Below, piece by piece: positions 12,128 through 64,000 of a stretch of 64,000 nt of DNA (position 1 is the first letter of the stretch; each line of letters opens with the position of its first letter). The DNA is taken from contig CBDBCZ010000016.1 in the NCBI GenBank assembly GCA_965203295.1, forward strand, positions 224,001 to 288,000, written 5' to 3'. The stretch is from Nitrospirales bacterium (lineage in GTDB: Bacteria; Nitrospirota; Nitrospiria; Nitrospirales; UBA8639). The translations under genes were made by a program, and so were the position numbers. Under the pieces are notes generated by a model. It was not told where the DNA came from, did not search any database, and saw nothing but the letters and a program-made list of their open reading frames with translations.

Positions 12128-12914
12128 TCCTCTTTGTCATAGATTGAGAAAATAATATTATGCAGATATTTGCTAATAACTCGTTCAACAACAACTGTTT
12201 TCATACCCATACTTGGTCCACTTAATAATAGCTGTACGGGGGCAACTTTACTATACTGTAGGGATAGGACGGGCCAAAAGTGTACAAATTGGCAAGCATG
12301 CCAAGTAATACATGTAGATACATGTACTTGGGTTTGGGCTGGTACGAGGCTAGCTGGTCAGCAGAACTCACAAGATACAGCAACAATGCAACTTGATGTA
12401 ATGCACAGACTACTAAAGAATGTTTTAGTATGGATTCACATAATTTGATTTAGTTTTAGTAACTAAAAAACACTTTCAGTATTGGTTAACCATGGATAAG
12501 TGGGTTGATTTTGGTAACTATAGTTGTAATTTATTCCCACCCTTGACGTTTTAGATTTAGCTCCTACCAAAACTAAAACAATAGTTTTTATTAGGTACAG
12601 TTAACTAAAACAACACCAGTCAGCCTTGTTGAGTGCTCAGGAGAACTGGCCGATGATCGTCACAGACACCTTACTGATGCTTTCTAAGAGCATTTTTGAT
12701 CGTTGAACTCATACATGCCAGGTTCACAAGTTGCAACATTCTCCTGTCACAGAGTGAAATTATAATAAGGTACTGGCCCACATGGCGGTAATGTAAATTT
12801 TGTGGTTTTGGTTTATGTAGTCTAACTTGTGCTCAAGTGATTGAGTTATTCTTGGCATCATCTATACACAAAACCAAACTTCAAGTAGGAATGCCACATA
12901 CATGTAAATGCACA

Positions 12915-43808
<30,894 letters not shown>

Positions 43809-43870
43809 CGCTCGAGCCACGTGGGTTAACGTTACGTACATGCGACCAACTTACGTACTAGGGGAGGAGC

Positions 43871-43934
43871 TAGTCTCGCGGGCCAGACTAACTTTTCGCC
43901 TCCGTTATAGTTAATAGTCTGGCCCGCGAGACTA
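43871..43934. mobile_element. AcademH-like mini element in the NARS2 promoter/5' region
   Basis: TIR tagtctcgcgggccagacta; 10-bp TSD ggggaggagc; sister copy at 44219-44301. Confidence 0.8.
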
Positions 43935-45982
43935 GGGGAGGAGCTACCATTGCTCCAGGCGCCAAGGGCTGGAGGAGCGATGATGCTGCGGAGATACGAC
44001 GGAATAAAGAAGGAGCGGGTTAAAAAGGAAAAACAGATGAGAGGGGAGGAAGAGTATAGCAGTAGATGAAAATTAAGGGTTGCCAACCAGCCTCTGAGTC
44101 TGAGTCTGCTTATTGAGCTCTTGTCATGCCTTCCTAAATTTGTTTCACCCTAGCAACCTAACTGCCTCTCAAAATCTCGCTGGGTAACTTGTTCTTCTGG
44201 CAAGCTATTTATAACACCTAGTCTCGCGGGCCAGACTAACTCTTCGCCGCCTCCATGGGAAAAGTTAGTCTGGCGAAAAGTTAGTCTGGCCCACGAGACT
44301 ATTTAACACCAGAGTCAGATGTGTGGAGTGCATGATGCCTCTTTTGGTATGTGGTCCATGCACAATTAGTTAATCATGCAAGGGAGAATGACATATGACC
44401 TTCACAGCAATTGTGTTTGACACTGTTTTGTATTAGTTTTCCCTATAAGGGGAAATTTTGTGTGTGGGAACACAGTCTTTTTTTCCTTTAATATTAAGGA
44501 GCATTCTGTGTGTGTGTGTGGGGGGGGGGGGGTACACAGTTTTTTTACTGTTTTGTAAGGGGATTAGTAGTGGCAGGAAGATAAATGGGGAGAATATGAC
44601 AAACTACGTTCAGAAATCAAGAAATTGGTATGTAAAAAGAATAATATTAGGTAGTTGGAATAAGGTGATTGAAATAGCTAATAAAGAAAAACAGGAAAAA
44701 AGTTTGGGTATTTGTTGGTGGGATTTCAAAAGGTAGTCGTAAGGATATTGCTGTTTTGAGGAGTACTTCAGGTTCATGTGTAACCAGTATATACTACATG
44801 TAAGTAATATGTATATACCAGTTGGCAGTGCATTATGGGATTTAATTAGTGCGCGAGGACAAGTAACAGTCAGATAATGCATTATGAATGGTTGGGTACA
44901 GCGGCAATGGAATAGCTAATCTGCTAAAAGTCTATAGTTTGGACAGTGGAGAGTATTCTTCAACAATGGAGACAAGGGTTATTAATTGTTAGCTTGTATA
45001 TATAAGAGAGGTGATACACGTGGGTAATTACAGACTATTGAATGTGGTAGGAAAACTGTTTTGTAAAATAATTGAGATTAGAATCAGAAAGGGCTCTTCA
45101 TGAGGGTCAGGCAGGAGTTAGAGACAAAAGGAGTTGAGTTTGGCATGAAGCCTTATGGTTTAAGGTACCGGGTATGAGAGCTTGGGTTAGGGGTAGGATG
45201 TGGAGAGTTGTGTATGACATTACACAGAGTGCTGCTTACCTGGAGGGAAAAAAATCCAAACCATTCAATATATAGGTCAGGGGGTGGCACAAGGTATCCT
45301 CATTTCCATTGTTATCAATCAGTTGTTAGATGAGGTTGAGAAGGCTGATTGGAATTAGTCAAATAAGAAAGATGTTAAGGTTAAGGGTCTGATGTTTCTT
45401 GTTGTTGATTTTGTACGTTTAACTGTGACAAAGTTGGGGTTACCTGACTGAACTTTGTCTGATCTAGTTGCTTGACTGTTAGACAATGGCAGCGGTATTT
45501 CATTTGTGTGCTTCTTGCTTTATTTGTTTGTTTTTCCTTATTTGGTTAGGTCTTGTACAGGAAGTGTGTGTTCATGTCATACAGGATGCTGTGTTCATTT
45601 CCCTAGAAAGGTCACTTATTCATCTAGTTAGTTTGATTTCCTGTACAGTTTCAAGGATTAAGGAAGTTGCCTCTTCCTCTTGGGAATATTATTTCATCAT
45701 CTTCATTTAGTTAAGAAGCACTGGATTCTGTATTGGGACACTATGGTTTGAAAGACTAGTTAAGAGTTTTGCTTTGGATTTCATGGTTCATGGGGCTAGG
45801 CATCACTGAGAGGCACATCCTAGACTCTCTCCTAGATCCACCCCTAAGCTGATGTTTTGTACATGTAAAGAAATCACCAAAGTTTTCAAACAGCCTGTTT
45901 CCATGCCCAGACCCCCCTAAAGGGTGTAGTTTGCACACAGACACACATCTGTTTACTCAGATATAGTAGCTATGGTTTACTC

Positions 45983-46555
45983 GGTGTCATCCCATTTCGT
46001 CTAATCCCACTTCATCTAATCCCATTTCGTTTCGTCTAACAAAATGTAGATATGTCCTATTTCGTCCAAAACTTTAAAAAGTTTTTTTTTTCCAGTTCAG
46101 TTACAGTGAGTCCGTCTTACAAACCGTTAGAATGACTATCTAGGTTACAGTTCACCCGCCTCCTGTCCTGTTATGGCATCTCCAATAGGTCTGCCTGTCT
46201 GCAGTTCTTCTGTTGAGGGTATATTTGCGCCCCTAAATTAATAATGTGATCGAGTGATCAAGCTCCTCTGATGGTAGTAACGAATTCCATTGCTGCTTGC
46301 TAGTAGAATAGAAACCCTCTTGCTTAAGCACAAAGCTAATGGATCTGAGTGTAAGTCAACCCTAACCTTTATTACCCTAGGTACCTACTGGGACAGACAT
46401 GCACAAGTCCAAGGTACTCCCTGGAACAGTTAAGACCGTACGTCACTTTTCCTCACTCTTGATTTGTTTTTATTTAGACGAAATGGGACATGTGCACATA
46501 TTGTTAGACAAAATGGGATTAGACGAAATGGGATTAGACAAAATGGGTATAAATC
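45983..46555. mobile_element. MULE-like element with 15-bp subterminal repeats
   Basis: tcccatttcgtctaa repeats at the left end and their reverse complements at the right; flanks ggtttactc / tgtttactc (9 bp). Confidence 0.6.
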
Positions 46556-46650
46556 TGTTTACTCCTAGATAGTAGAGTATAAGGATTTCCTCCTCCCCTC
46601 TCCAAAAACAACTCTTCACCCTCAGCAATCCTAGCCATTGATAATATAGG

Positions 46651-46690
46651 CATAGATAATATAGCCTAACCTATGGCTATATTATCTATG
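46651..46690. mobile_element. P-family TIR remnant (putative excision footprint)
   Basis: catagataatatagcc...ggctatattatctatg with 7-bp TSD atatagg. Confidence 0.75.
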
Positions 46691-46711
46691 ATATAGGTCC
46701 TAGCACTCTCC

Positions 46712-46864
46712 TAGCCTCGTTCCCAGGCTCTACTGCCCAGCTTGTAAAATAACGGCTTATTTTACTACGTGCGAAAAAAAACTGGGCAGTATAAGCTTAG
46801 CCTGGGAGCGAGGCTAGCACTCTCCTAGTCTCGCGACCCAGCCAATTCCTGGCTCGAGAGACTA
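46712..46864. mobile_element. Two adjacent AcademH-like MITEs (46712-46816 and 46826-46864)
   Basis: Target gcactctcc present before and between the elements, and degenerate after them. Confidence 0.75.
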
Positions 46865-47102
46865 GCACTTTTATTATTAATGATGGCTTGTGGCAGTCCT
46901 GACAGTAAGTGATTGGTCGCTGTTACTACTATCTACAGCTAGTGTGCTGTGCATGGTCGATGTACGTACCTGGTCGGTCATGCTGCTCCACAGGCGCAAG
47001 GCTAGCTGGGAAAATTCAGCCCCTCCCCATTACGTATTGCTATTTCGTCATACTCATTTGTCTCGGCGAATGTCGCAAGATATACTATAGGTAGCTACTG
47101 TG

Positions 47103-51192
<4,090 letters not shown>

Positions 51193-51452
51193 GCCCTTCG
51201 TCATACAATGTAGCACACTTAAAAATATTTTTATGCATGGTGTTGAATTACACAGAATGAGCTATGTATTGTGTGCCCATGCACATATATCAGCATATTA
51301 TGACCTCATGTTTTTATAGTTACGTATAAACAGTGACAGGATGTTATTGCTTTACAGGAAGTGACAGAGCCTGAGATCAATGATGCAATGCAATGAAAAA
51401 TATATAAAAAAATTCTATGACAGTACTTGTATAAAGATGAGTGATTCCTTAA

Positions 51453-55440
<3,988 letters not shown>

Positions 55441-56271
55441 GACTAGTACTGTGATGACATTATACTGCGAGTGGACGTACTTCGGATGTCGGTTTCAACA
55501 TTTCGCGATTCGGTATTACACTTTTTAATATAGAGCAAGAAGTATGTTTACAAGCATGGCCCCACCCAGGCGCCTAGGCCAGGCCAGCACCGGAAATGCT
55601 GCATAAGTTTTTCAAACTACCTATTAAAAGAGATAGCTATTAAACCTCCGCGCCACCGTGTTCGCTACTGGTCTTGCGAGCCAGCCCCAAATGGGCTGCC
55701 GCTGGCTAGCTCGCCCTAAAATAGAAGGGCAGCAGGCTAGCCGTGGTTTGAGCAAGAGATATAAGTAGACAGGTGCTTCATGTGCTTTGCTGACATTGAA
55801 CTCTTATCTGCAGCAGTGTGGGACTCGTGCTTATCAAATTTATGTTACAATTTTAATATAAGGTACAACACCCTTTTGCTATTACAAAATGAGTATAGAT
55901 TGTTCACAGCTAAGTGTGGGAGGTGAGGAGGAATTTGGGGAAGATGGAAGGACCACACTGCATAGTCGGTGGGGGGGGTGCATAATGCGGAAACTTGCAT
56001 AGGCCTACTGTGATATTGGTTTCATGCATAGATAACAGTGATTGTCAATATTAATGAGGGGTATACGTTTGTTTCTTTTTCTCTTGGTAATCTACTTCAC
56101 CTCTTCGTTCTTACACATTAACTTTGATCTCAGGCAACTCGTTTCAGCCTTCTTACTAGCAGACATATATAATAAGTGGGAGCATAATACCTCAAAAATG
56201 CGATACACTGGTAATGCGTTACAGCAAAAGTAAATGTGATGACAAATACACAAATAAAAATTAACAGCAGT

Positions 56272-59200
56272 TCAGTTTTTTGGCATCAAAGGCCTGGCAC
56301 TGGCTTCCTCGGGACCCTGTTTCTGCCCCTCCTCCAACCTCTTGATTGTTCTTTTGTGCTTTGAGATCTCAGTGCGCAACTGGGTGATTTCCTGTGTGTG
56401 TGTGTGATACCCAAATTATACTTGAGGTTGTAGACCAAATGTGACCCTTACTACAAAATGTTCAATAACCATATTCTACAGTAGTGAAAACACTACATAC
56501 ACAACAGTGAGGGTTTGAGCACACTGGGGCTACGTATATCTTAGCAAATGAGTAGAAACTCTAGAAGATTAAACTTGCATGTGTATAAGCTAGAGGTCAA
56601 CTTTTGGATTAGGAACTATAAATTGCTGAACAAAATTGCCCAAGGGTTTGCTCCTTCAATGCATCAGAAAATAAGGAAAAAAAAAACGCCCCAAGAAGTA
56701 ATGTTGTCTGAGTTCCCATTCACAGAGGCAGGAGTACGACCTGCTGATGTGCTCTAAGCCGAGACGTTTCCAATCCCGGTTAAGCTCTATTCTCTCTGGC
56801 TGAACCAAGTATATAGTATATAGAATTAGCTGTACAGCGTAGCTTAGAGAGACCGCATGGTGCTGCAAAATTAACCCTTTCAGCGGTAGAGACCCGCTGA
56901 TCCATAAAGCCCATATGAATTTATACAGTGTTTTTATAATTAGGCAGTAATATAAAGCTTGGGCTTTCTTTGGTTTCTTTGGGCAGTAAAGTGGCCTATA
57001 CCGGTGAAAAGGCTTATGACCAGACATGATGTACGCTCACTGTTGCTGCTTTCAGCACTTGCATAGCTACATGTATTGTGAGAACCATCTTCTCTAGCAA
57101 AAGTATGATGCCAACACTGTGACATAATGTAGTATAGAATAAAAAGATTATGACATGGCTAGGTCGATGGATACGTAATTTAGCCAACCCCTCGGTCTCA
57201 GATCTTGTTGTAATGACCCTCTGGCTTTGACCATTGGGCAATCACTCCTTGACCTTCGACCTCAGGTTGGATAAACTTTGTATCCACCTCCCATCCATGA
57301 CATAATACTACATTGTAAACTCTTCAAGAGATGATTAAGCTTTCTGAGAGTGTAAAGAAATCCCAAAAAAACGGGACCTAGCTGGGGATTGAACCCAGAA
57401 CCTTCTGAATACTAGTCAGATGCTCTTACCAATTGAGCTACTGGAGCCCCTTGGCAGAGGAGCAGTAGGCAAGCTTTATATAGCCACTAAACCCACTAGT
57501 TGCACTTCCCAGTACGACCCAGCCAATTCCAAATGTAATTACTCTCTCATTAGGCCTCTCCCCCCATCTAAACATGAGAAACGTGCTACACCCAAACTTA
57601 GCCAAACTACATGTACATGATTGTGATTGTACGTATTCCTACCTGCTTCAGACTTGCATTGTCATCTTTCAGCTTCTTGACATGCATTATCTTCTGCCTC
57701 GTGTTCTGGTGGCCCAGAAGCTTGGCATACTGTTCGCTAGCCTTTACGGCCTGGACGGGTGGAATGACAGTGTGGAAGAACAGACAAGGACACTGGTCAC
57801 ATTGCAGCACACCACACGATTCTTCTCCCACTGCCAGCATGTGAGCATATGCCAACATGACGAGACCCAAATACATGTAGGCCAAAACAGATGCCTGCTC
57901 ATGCAATATCTGCATGGCCACTGCAAGGTACATGTATATGTATATGTACACTTTATCAACTGTTTTGGCTGTTGGGAACATTTCTACTTGGATACTATAT
58001 ATGTAGATATAGCAAAGCCCATTACAGGTGCATTATGATTATGAAATTAGTATGAAGCTAAAGTTAGGCATATTATGTACCTTAAATAAAAGTTGTATCT
58101 ACTGGTCAACTGTGGGTGCTTAATCTAATTAGTAGTTTCATGCTCATACACACCCACTTGCCAAGACATGAACAAAACTACAATGTATGAGGTCTGGTGA
58201 GTTTATCATGCAGTCAGAAGGCCTAATTATTTGCAGGCTGTGAGGAACAGTGTGTAATAAAGAAGGTTTGGGGAGAAGGCTACGGGTCACTAGCATTAGC
58301 AACCACCATATTACCTCTGATTGTGCCATTTCTGTTTGGCTCTGCAGAAGCCTAGTGAGGTCCTCCAACTTATCAATCTGATCCTGAAGAGGGGGGTGTA
58401 AATAATAGTATTAGTTTAATAGCACACCACCAAGTGGTAGCATTGTACACAGTAGAATACATGACCCCAGAAGGTGTGTCAGGGAACTATGAGCACCACA
58501 TTCATGTAGTTAGTGCAGTCAACAGCTTTCCTGTTGTCAATGAAGATTCATTTCATTGACAACCAATTTCCCCCCCGCCAGAAGCAAACTATAAGCCAGG
58601 TATGTTAGGCTTTTGTATGATGGCTTAAAAAGAAAGAGTGAGCCTACCTTACCCTATCTCACATGTATGGGATTAGCCTATCTCACATGTATGGGATTAG
58701 CCTACCTTACCCTATCTCACATGTATGGGATTAGCCTATCTCACATGTATGGGATTAGCCTACCTTACCCTATCTCACATGTATGGGATTAGCCTACCTT
58801 ACCCTATCTCACATGTATGGGATTAGCCTACCTTACCCTATCTCACATGTATGGGATTAGCCTACCTTACCCTATCTCACATGTATGGGATTAGCCTACC
58901 TCACCCTATCTCACATGTATGGGATTAGCCTACCTTACCCTATCTCACATGTATGGGATTAGCCTACCTTACCCTATCTCACATGTATGGGATTAGCCTA
59001 CCTTACCCTATCTCACATGTATGGGATTAGCCTACCTTACCCTATCTCACATGTATGGGATTAGCCTACCTTACCCTATCTCACATGTATGGGATTAGCC
59101 TACCTTACCCTATCTCACATGTATGGGATTAGCCTACCTTACCCTATCTCACATGTATGGGATTAGCCTACCTTACCCTATCTCACATGTATGGGATTAG

Positions 59201-62200
59201 CCTACCTTACCCTATCTCACATGTATGGGATTAGCCTACCTTACCCTATCTCACATGTATGGGATTAGCCTATCTCACATGTATGGGATTAGCCTACCTT
59301 ACCCTATCTCACATGTATGGGATTAGCCACGTGGTAGTGGAATCAAGTGGACACACAAAGCTAAGGTGTCAACACTCAACAGCATGTACGTGTAGGTATT
59401 GTACAATCAGTATCCCTACTTTGGATAGCCTTGTTCACAGGCCACGCAGTAAAGTGATTGAGCACCTTGTTAAGTCTAGTGTAATAATAACATGCACATG
59501 TTAAACATAATATAACATGTACACTTACACGATAAGGTCTGAATCTTTCTTCAAGCTCTTCATAAGCCCTCTCAGCTTGCTCCTTCTCTTCTCTCAGCCT
59601 GTGGAATTGGCATGAAAACATGCGCTTGCAGTCTCTGTTCTCTGTGGCATTAGCGATGACTCTGGTACATGTACACATGTGTATGCTTGTACTACTTTTA
59701 TCAGGAAAGTGTGTCCGACCTAAAACTGCCATATTGTACTCCTCAGGACCCAGACCCTTGGTGAGTATGGCTAACGAACAAGGCAGAGTAAAGTTTCTGT
59801 GCAAGTGATTCTCATATCCACCACCAAATCGAATCCTACATACTGTATATTGAGGGGCCTCAGAACAAAGGCTATCTACACTTCAGTCTAAGAGTGAACT
59901 GTTGTGTCTATGGGGTGTCACACTTGACTCAATGAGCACACACCCCATATATGTACAGTCCCAAATCTTCAAAACACTTGTAGTATCTACCAAACTCTTG
60001 TGCTACAATTTTTAAACCAGCTCTGGATCCTCTATGCCACATATCCTGTGCCAGTACACGTGACACCCTATGAAATCTCAACCCTGCATGATCTTCATAA
60101 GTTTGATTTGTAATGCCCACTGCAGACTAGTGTCTTACATGTAGAAAAACACTTACCGTCGAAGTTCTTCTTCAAGTTCAGCAATTCTTGCAGCCATATC
60201 ACTTTGCATTCTGTAGATTAAATTACAACTTGTAAAAGCACTTTTACTCCAAACAATATTTGCATACCAATGCAATAGAGATTGCTACAATATCTGGCAG
60301 TTTCTACATATGTACATACATGTATATGCCGTTTACTGGTTAAGTATAATAACACTAACTTTGAATTATGTGCTTCTTGCAAGGAGAGTTTCTTCTGAGT
60401 CTCAACCAGCCGTCGACTCATTTCTTGCTTCAGTTTGGTCTCTTGCTCTAGATCTTCCACTACGGTCTGACCCACAGAGCTAGAGAGGCCACGGAAAGGA
60501 GCTTCTTAATTCCTGGCAACTGGTCGTAATTATACATACAGTATAATATGTGTAGACTAAGTACTGTTACTGTTTCCTTACAACTGCATGTACATTACAT
60601 GTACACACATGTACCTTTGAAGTTGCTTTTCTAGGGAAGTGACTCTTTCTTGTTCTTTGTGAAGAGCTCTAGAAAGAGAAGAAATCATCACATAATAAAC
60701 TCATGCTGCTTCTGAAGTGCTTATGTGCATGCAATAACATAAACCTGGAAACACAATGCTTTTACAAAACCAGTCCTATGGTACTCATGCAGCTGCCTTA
60801 GTGCTTACACAACGATCATACACCCACAGATGCAGGAAGCGCTCCAGTCAGAGGACAAGAGCAGAGATTGCACCATCTTGATCAACAAATAAAATATTCT
60901 TCCCAAGTAGTGATATTAAGCTCTACAGAGTATTTTAGTACCTCACAATAACAGCTACTACAATGTAAAACAAAGAAATTACTAAAACATAATATGCTAA
61001 CTGTTTAAGGCATGATCCTCAAATACGGTGAGGTACATGTATATGTATATGCATATGTACGTAGTTTCTAGCAAGAGGAAGAACAGTTACTATAAAATAC
61101 ACAAACGTCTGGTTCATGAGAGGTGTTGCCTTTGGTACTAAGCAGTGGCATTAAGGGGGCATGGTTGTATGACTAGCTACACGTAGCCTAAACTACTCAT
61201 AATGGTAATGCATGTTTACATGAACACCATATTATAGTCATTGGCTCTACATAATGGTTTACTGTTTCAGGTGTTCCACTTCGCTGTTACGGTTGCTCTC
61301 AGTAGCCTTCAGGCCTTCAGCAATGCTCAAAACCTAGATAAATAGCAAACTGATATTAATAATGGCACTAGCCTTATCATTTTGACTCCACTCCGGTTTT
61401 CTAACAGCGTGAAACAAGTCAGATATTTCATATCTGAAAAACAGCTGGAGTCGCTGGCTACAAATCTCCAAAAGTTGCTACAGTTGCATTGTAATGTGCA
61501 ATAGCTAGTGCACATGTGATAGGTGCGGATCGATGCACAGACAAACAAACCTCGGAAGATGGAAAGCATTCTCAGAGCCAGCTGTCCGTGGACTTTGCGC
61601 ACACCCAAATGTAAAAAGCTGGCTGAATGAAAAGTGGCAGGTTTGGCATGCCATTTCCTTCTCCAGACTCTGTTGTAAGTAGTAGGCAACTTTTTTCCAG
61701 CTGCTATAAAGCTGTAAAGTGCATGACAAAACTGCCAACAGACAGCCTATTGTAGGTTTACAGCTGCAATTTGCTTTGCTTGACTTCTCGCTGAGCTGAG
61801 CCACGAGTACTGCTTCAGTTGAACACTTTAGCAAACGCAATATAGCTTGTGTTCCCTGTGTGTAGTCTAAGCAATGCATATACAGCTACAGTAACTCCCC
61901 TTTTGGTGTTGCCAAAACCTGGCTACCATTGTTTTGAATTTTGCAGTCTATAGTAGTCACATGCTCCTTGTTTATACCGGGAACTTATGAGCGCCGCTAC
62001 ACACATACCTACATGTATGTACATCATGTACCTGCTGTAGGTTAGTCTTGAGCATCTGCTCACTATCTTGATGTTCTGCCTTCAGCTTCTCAATCTGAGC
62101 CTTGAGACTGCCACTCTCCGTCTATCATGGAAGAGAGTGGAGTGCTTCTACATGTACATGCAATCTTTGTATGTAGACTTTTCACAAAAGTGGACTAAGG

Positions 62201-63907
62201 TTCCTGCTGTTAGTACAAATGGGCCCCAAATAGTACAGTTACTAAAAAGATGCACCCGGATTAGCTACCTCCTAGAACTGTAGCTGTCATTCATGTACCT
62301 TTTACCCTTCTACACTACACATGAGGATGTGCCAGGCTCGCAGAAGTCAAAATGAAAATATTTAGCTATTATTATTACATTACATTACGTTGTATGATGG
62401 AGCAACACTGGTTAGGACTTACACACAGGCTACGTGTACAATATTACCTCCTCCTCTTTAAGATGGGTAAGTGCAGTATGGTATTCCTGCATCCATTTCT
62501 TGCACTCCTTAGCTCTGCAAATGAGTAACAAGATACCCAATGCTGTTGAGAGAGCTACGTATACATAGTGGCCTTACACAGTTTATCTTGCAGCTGCAGT
62601 GACAGAATTCTAGGTAATCTTTTTGCTTTAGTGAATATGTATTTCAAAACATATGTATATGTTATATGAGGGTATGACACAGTGTGATATATATGTATTG
62701 ACTCTTGAATACACGTACGTACATGTATGCTGAAACTTAATGCTAACTGATGCATTATTATGTCATTCAGAGTTCATGAAGCTGTACTGTCATGAAGACT
62801 GACACTCAACAGAGGGCAGGGCATTAATTAGGCAACAGGACGACTTACTGTTCCTTGCTGGACACTTCCATTGTCATTATCTGGGACTTCAGTACTGCCT
62901 GGTTCTCCCGACTTATCTGCTTCTGGTGGGCTGTGATGAGCACAGTGATTCACTTCTCTCCTCAACCACTTATGTTATAAATTAAATTGACTCACCTAAC
63001 TCCTCCTCAAATGTAAGACACTTGTGTGTCAGCGACTCAAGTGCCTCTTGGTGTTCCGCCTGTTGCCTAAAGTAGTAGAAGCACAAGGTACATTTACACT
63101 TACAGTACCAAAGAGTACAAAAGCAATGCATAGGTATATCCATGACCCAGATGGTTTGTTTTCATTTGATGAAGTATTTTGTCCAATTGGACATAATGTA
63201 ATCGATGTACACTGGACACTACACTCATTATGGTTGAAAGCGGCTTAGTGATATATGTACACCTCAGTAGGTACGCACATGGTCACACTCCTACGGGCCA
63301 GTCCCAGGCACTCAAACATCAGAAGGCCAGTACTGTACTCCATTCATAATAAAGCCCTCATGCTACCTAGTACATGTATGTACATGTAGATATTCTGTAG
63401 ACAGCAGTTCATAGTTGCATGCACATACCTACCGCTAATGAGCAACTAGTTACTTTTGCATAGGGCGTTACGTAGTCGAAAGTATGGCTTCTTATCACTG
63501 CACGTTTGTATGATTCTTCTAAAAGGTGGAAGACTTTGGTATATACAAATCAAACTATGCCTAGCTGTTCATGAGACTAGTTGCTGGACGTGTGAATGCA
63601 TGCAGATGATGGCTATCTTCTTACAGCTCCTTACAGAACCTGCAGTGCACTGTACACATACATACAAGTACACTTAAATGTAATAGTGTCTGTTTCTCTG
63701 CTCACCTATAAATAATTCTACCCTTTTGGGGGTGCGGTTTGCTCAGTGAGTTTAGTCACTACACAGTGTATGTACAAGTATGCATATACACAATGTATAA
63801 GCACTTGCTTTTCTAGCTGACGTTCATTCTCTGCTTTCACTGAGGCAAGGTCTGTTGTCTGATGATCACACTTTTCTCTTAGGCCTTGAATGTCTTCTTT
63901 GGCTGTT
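56272..63907 (-). CDS. HMMR: Hyaluronan-mediated motility receptor (RHAMM), 3' part. Exons include ~63907-63804, ~63059-62996, ~62931-62849, ~62513-62448, ~62120-62031, ~60668-60615, 60479-60360, 60210-60157, 59598-59529, 58383-58315, 57750-57643, 56391-56272; continues beyond the right edge
   Basis: YEELEERFRPYRDQID...[33 protein letters not shown] matches the HMMR C-terminus ([24 protein letters not shown]). Upstream exons are coiled-coil and their boundaries are approximate. Confidence 0.8.
57312..57602 (-). mobile_element. tRNA-cassette repeat copy 3 (tRNA-like part 57374-57447)
   Basis: Reverse complement of copies 1 and 2; T7 run after the tRNA. Confidence 0.8.
58641..59328. repeat. 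34-bp minisatellite (agcctaccttaccctatctcacatgtatgggatt), ~21 units including 24-bp variants
   Basis: Nearly perfect tandem copies in an HMMR intron. Confidence 0.95.
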
Positions 63908-64000
63908 CTGAAGTGAAAAAAAATTCCAGAGACATGCAAACTCATACAACAAAATGCCTTGTATGGTGAAAATGTACACTGTGCTCACTTTAGTTGCTGC

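Noticed and set aside
44540..45450. Penelope-like GIY-YIG relic on the minus strand
   Set aside because: Only faint hints (LHAKL, LIYKL) and strand bias; too decayed to call without a profile search.
58641..59328. CRISPR-like array (34-bp period)
   Set aside because: No unique spacers, no cas genes, and it lies in a eukaryotic intron; it is a minisatellite.

Overview
Intron-rich, TE-dense animal genomic DNA. The short GT-AG introns and repeat landscape look non-bilaterian, possibly a sponge, but that is inference only. Seven host genes were reconstructed by hand: CCDC134 (-, runs off the left edge; intron 1 has U12-type signals), beta-sarcoglycan (+), dynactin p22/DCTN3 (+), mitochondrial Asn-tRNA synthetase NARS2 (-, 12 exons over 31 kb), an atypical Rab33-like GTPase (+), a TMEM272-like gene (-) and HMMR/RHAMM (-, runs off the right edge). 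The main discovery is a 5,021-bp P-superfamily transposon (17351-22371; 36-bp perfect TIRs, 7-bp TSD) in NARS2 intron 10. Its transposase appears split over two convergent genes. One is a spliced, THAP-less DDE core that stops just after the catalytic Glu. The other is an intact, intronless 334-aa antisense ORF carrying the motifs of the P-transposase C-terminal domain. A diverged relic next door shows the same layout, and a third, partial relic is consistent with it. Tiny TSD-flanked TIR remnants elsewhere look like P excision footprints. Also present are an AcademH-like MITE family with RecQ fragments, a mobile ~290-bp cassette holding a TATA box and a tRNA-Thr-like gene, a Nin/Deu-type SINE, pogo-, Harbinger-, Kolobok-, MULE- and Helentron-like elements, and several tandem repeats. 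All homology calls come from motif recognition, not database searches.
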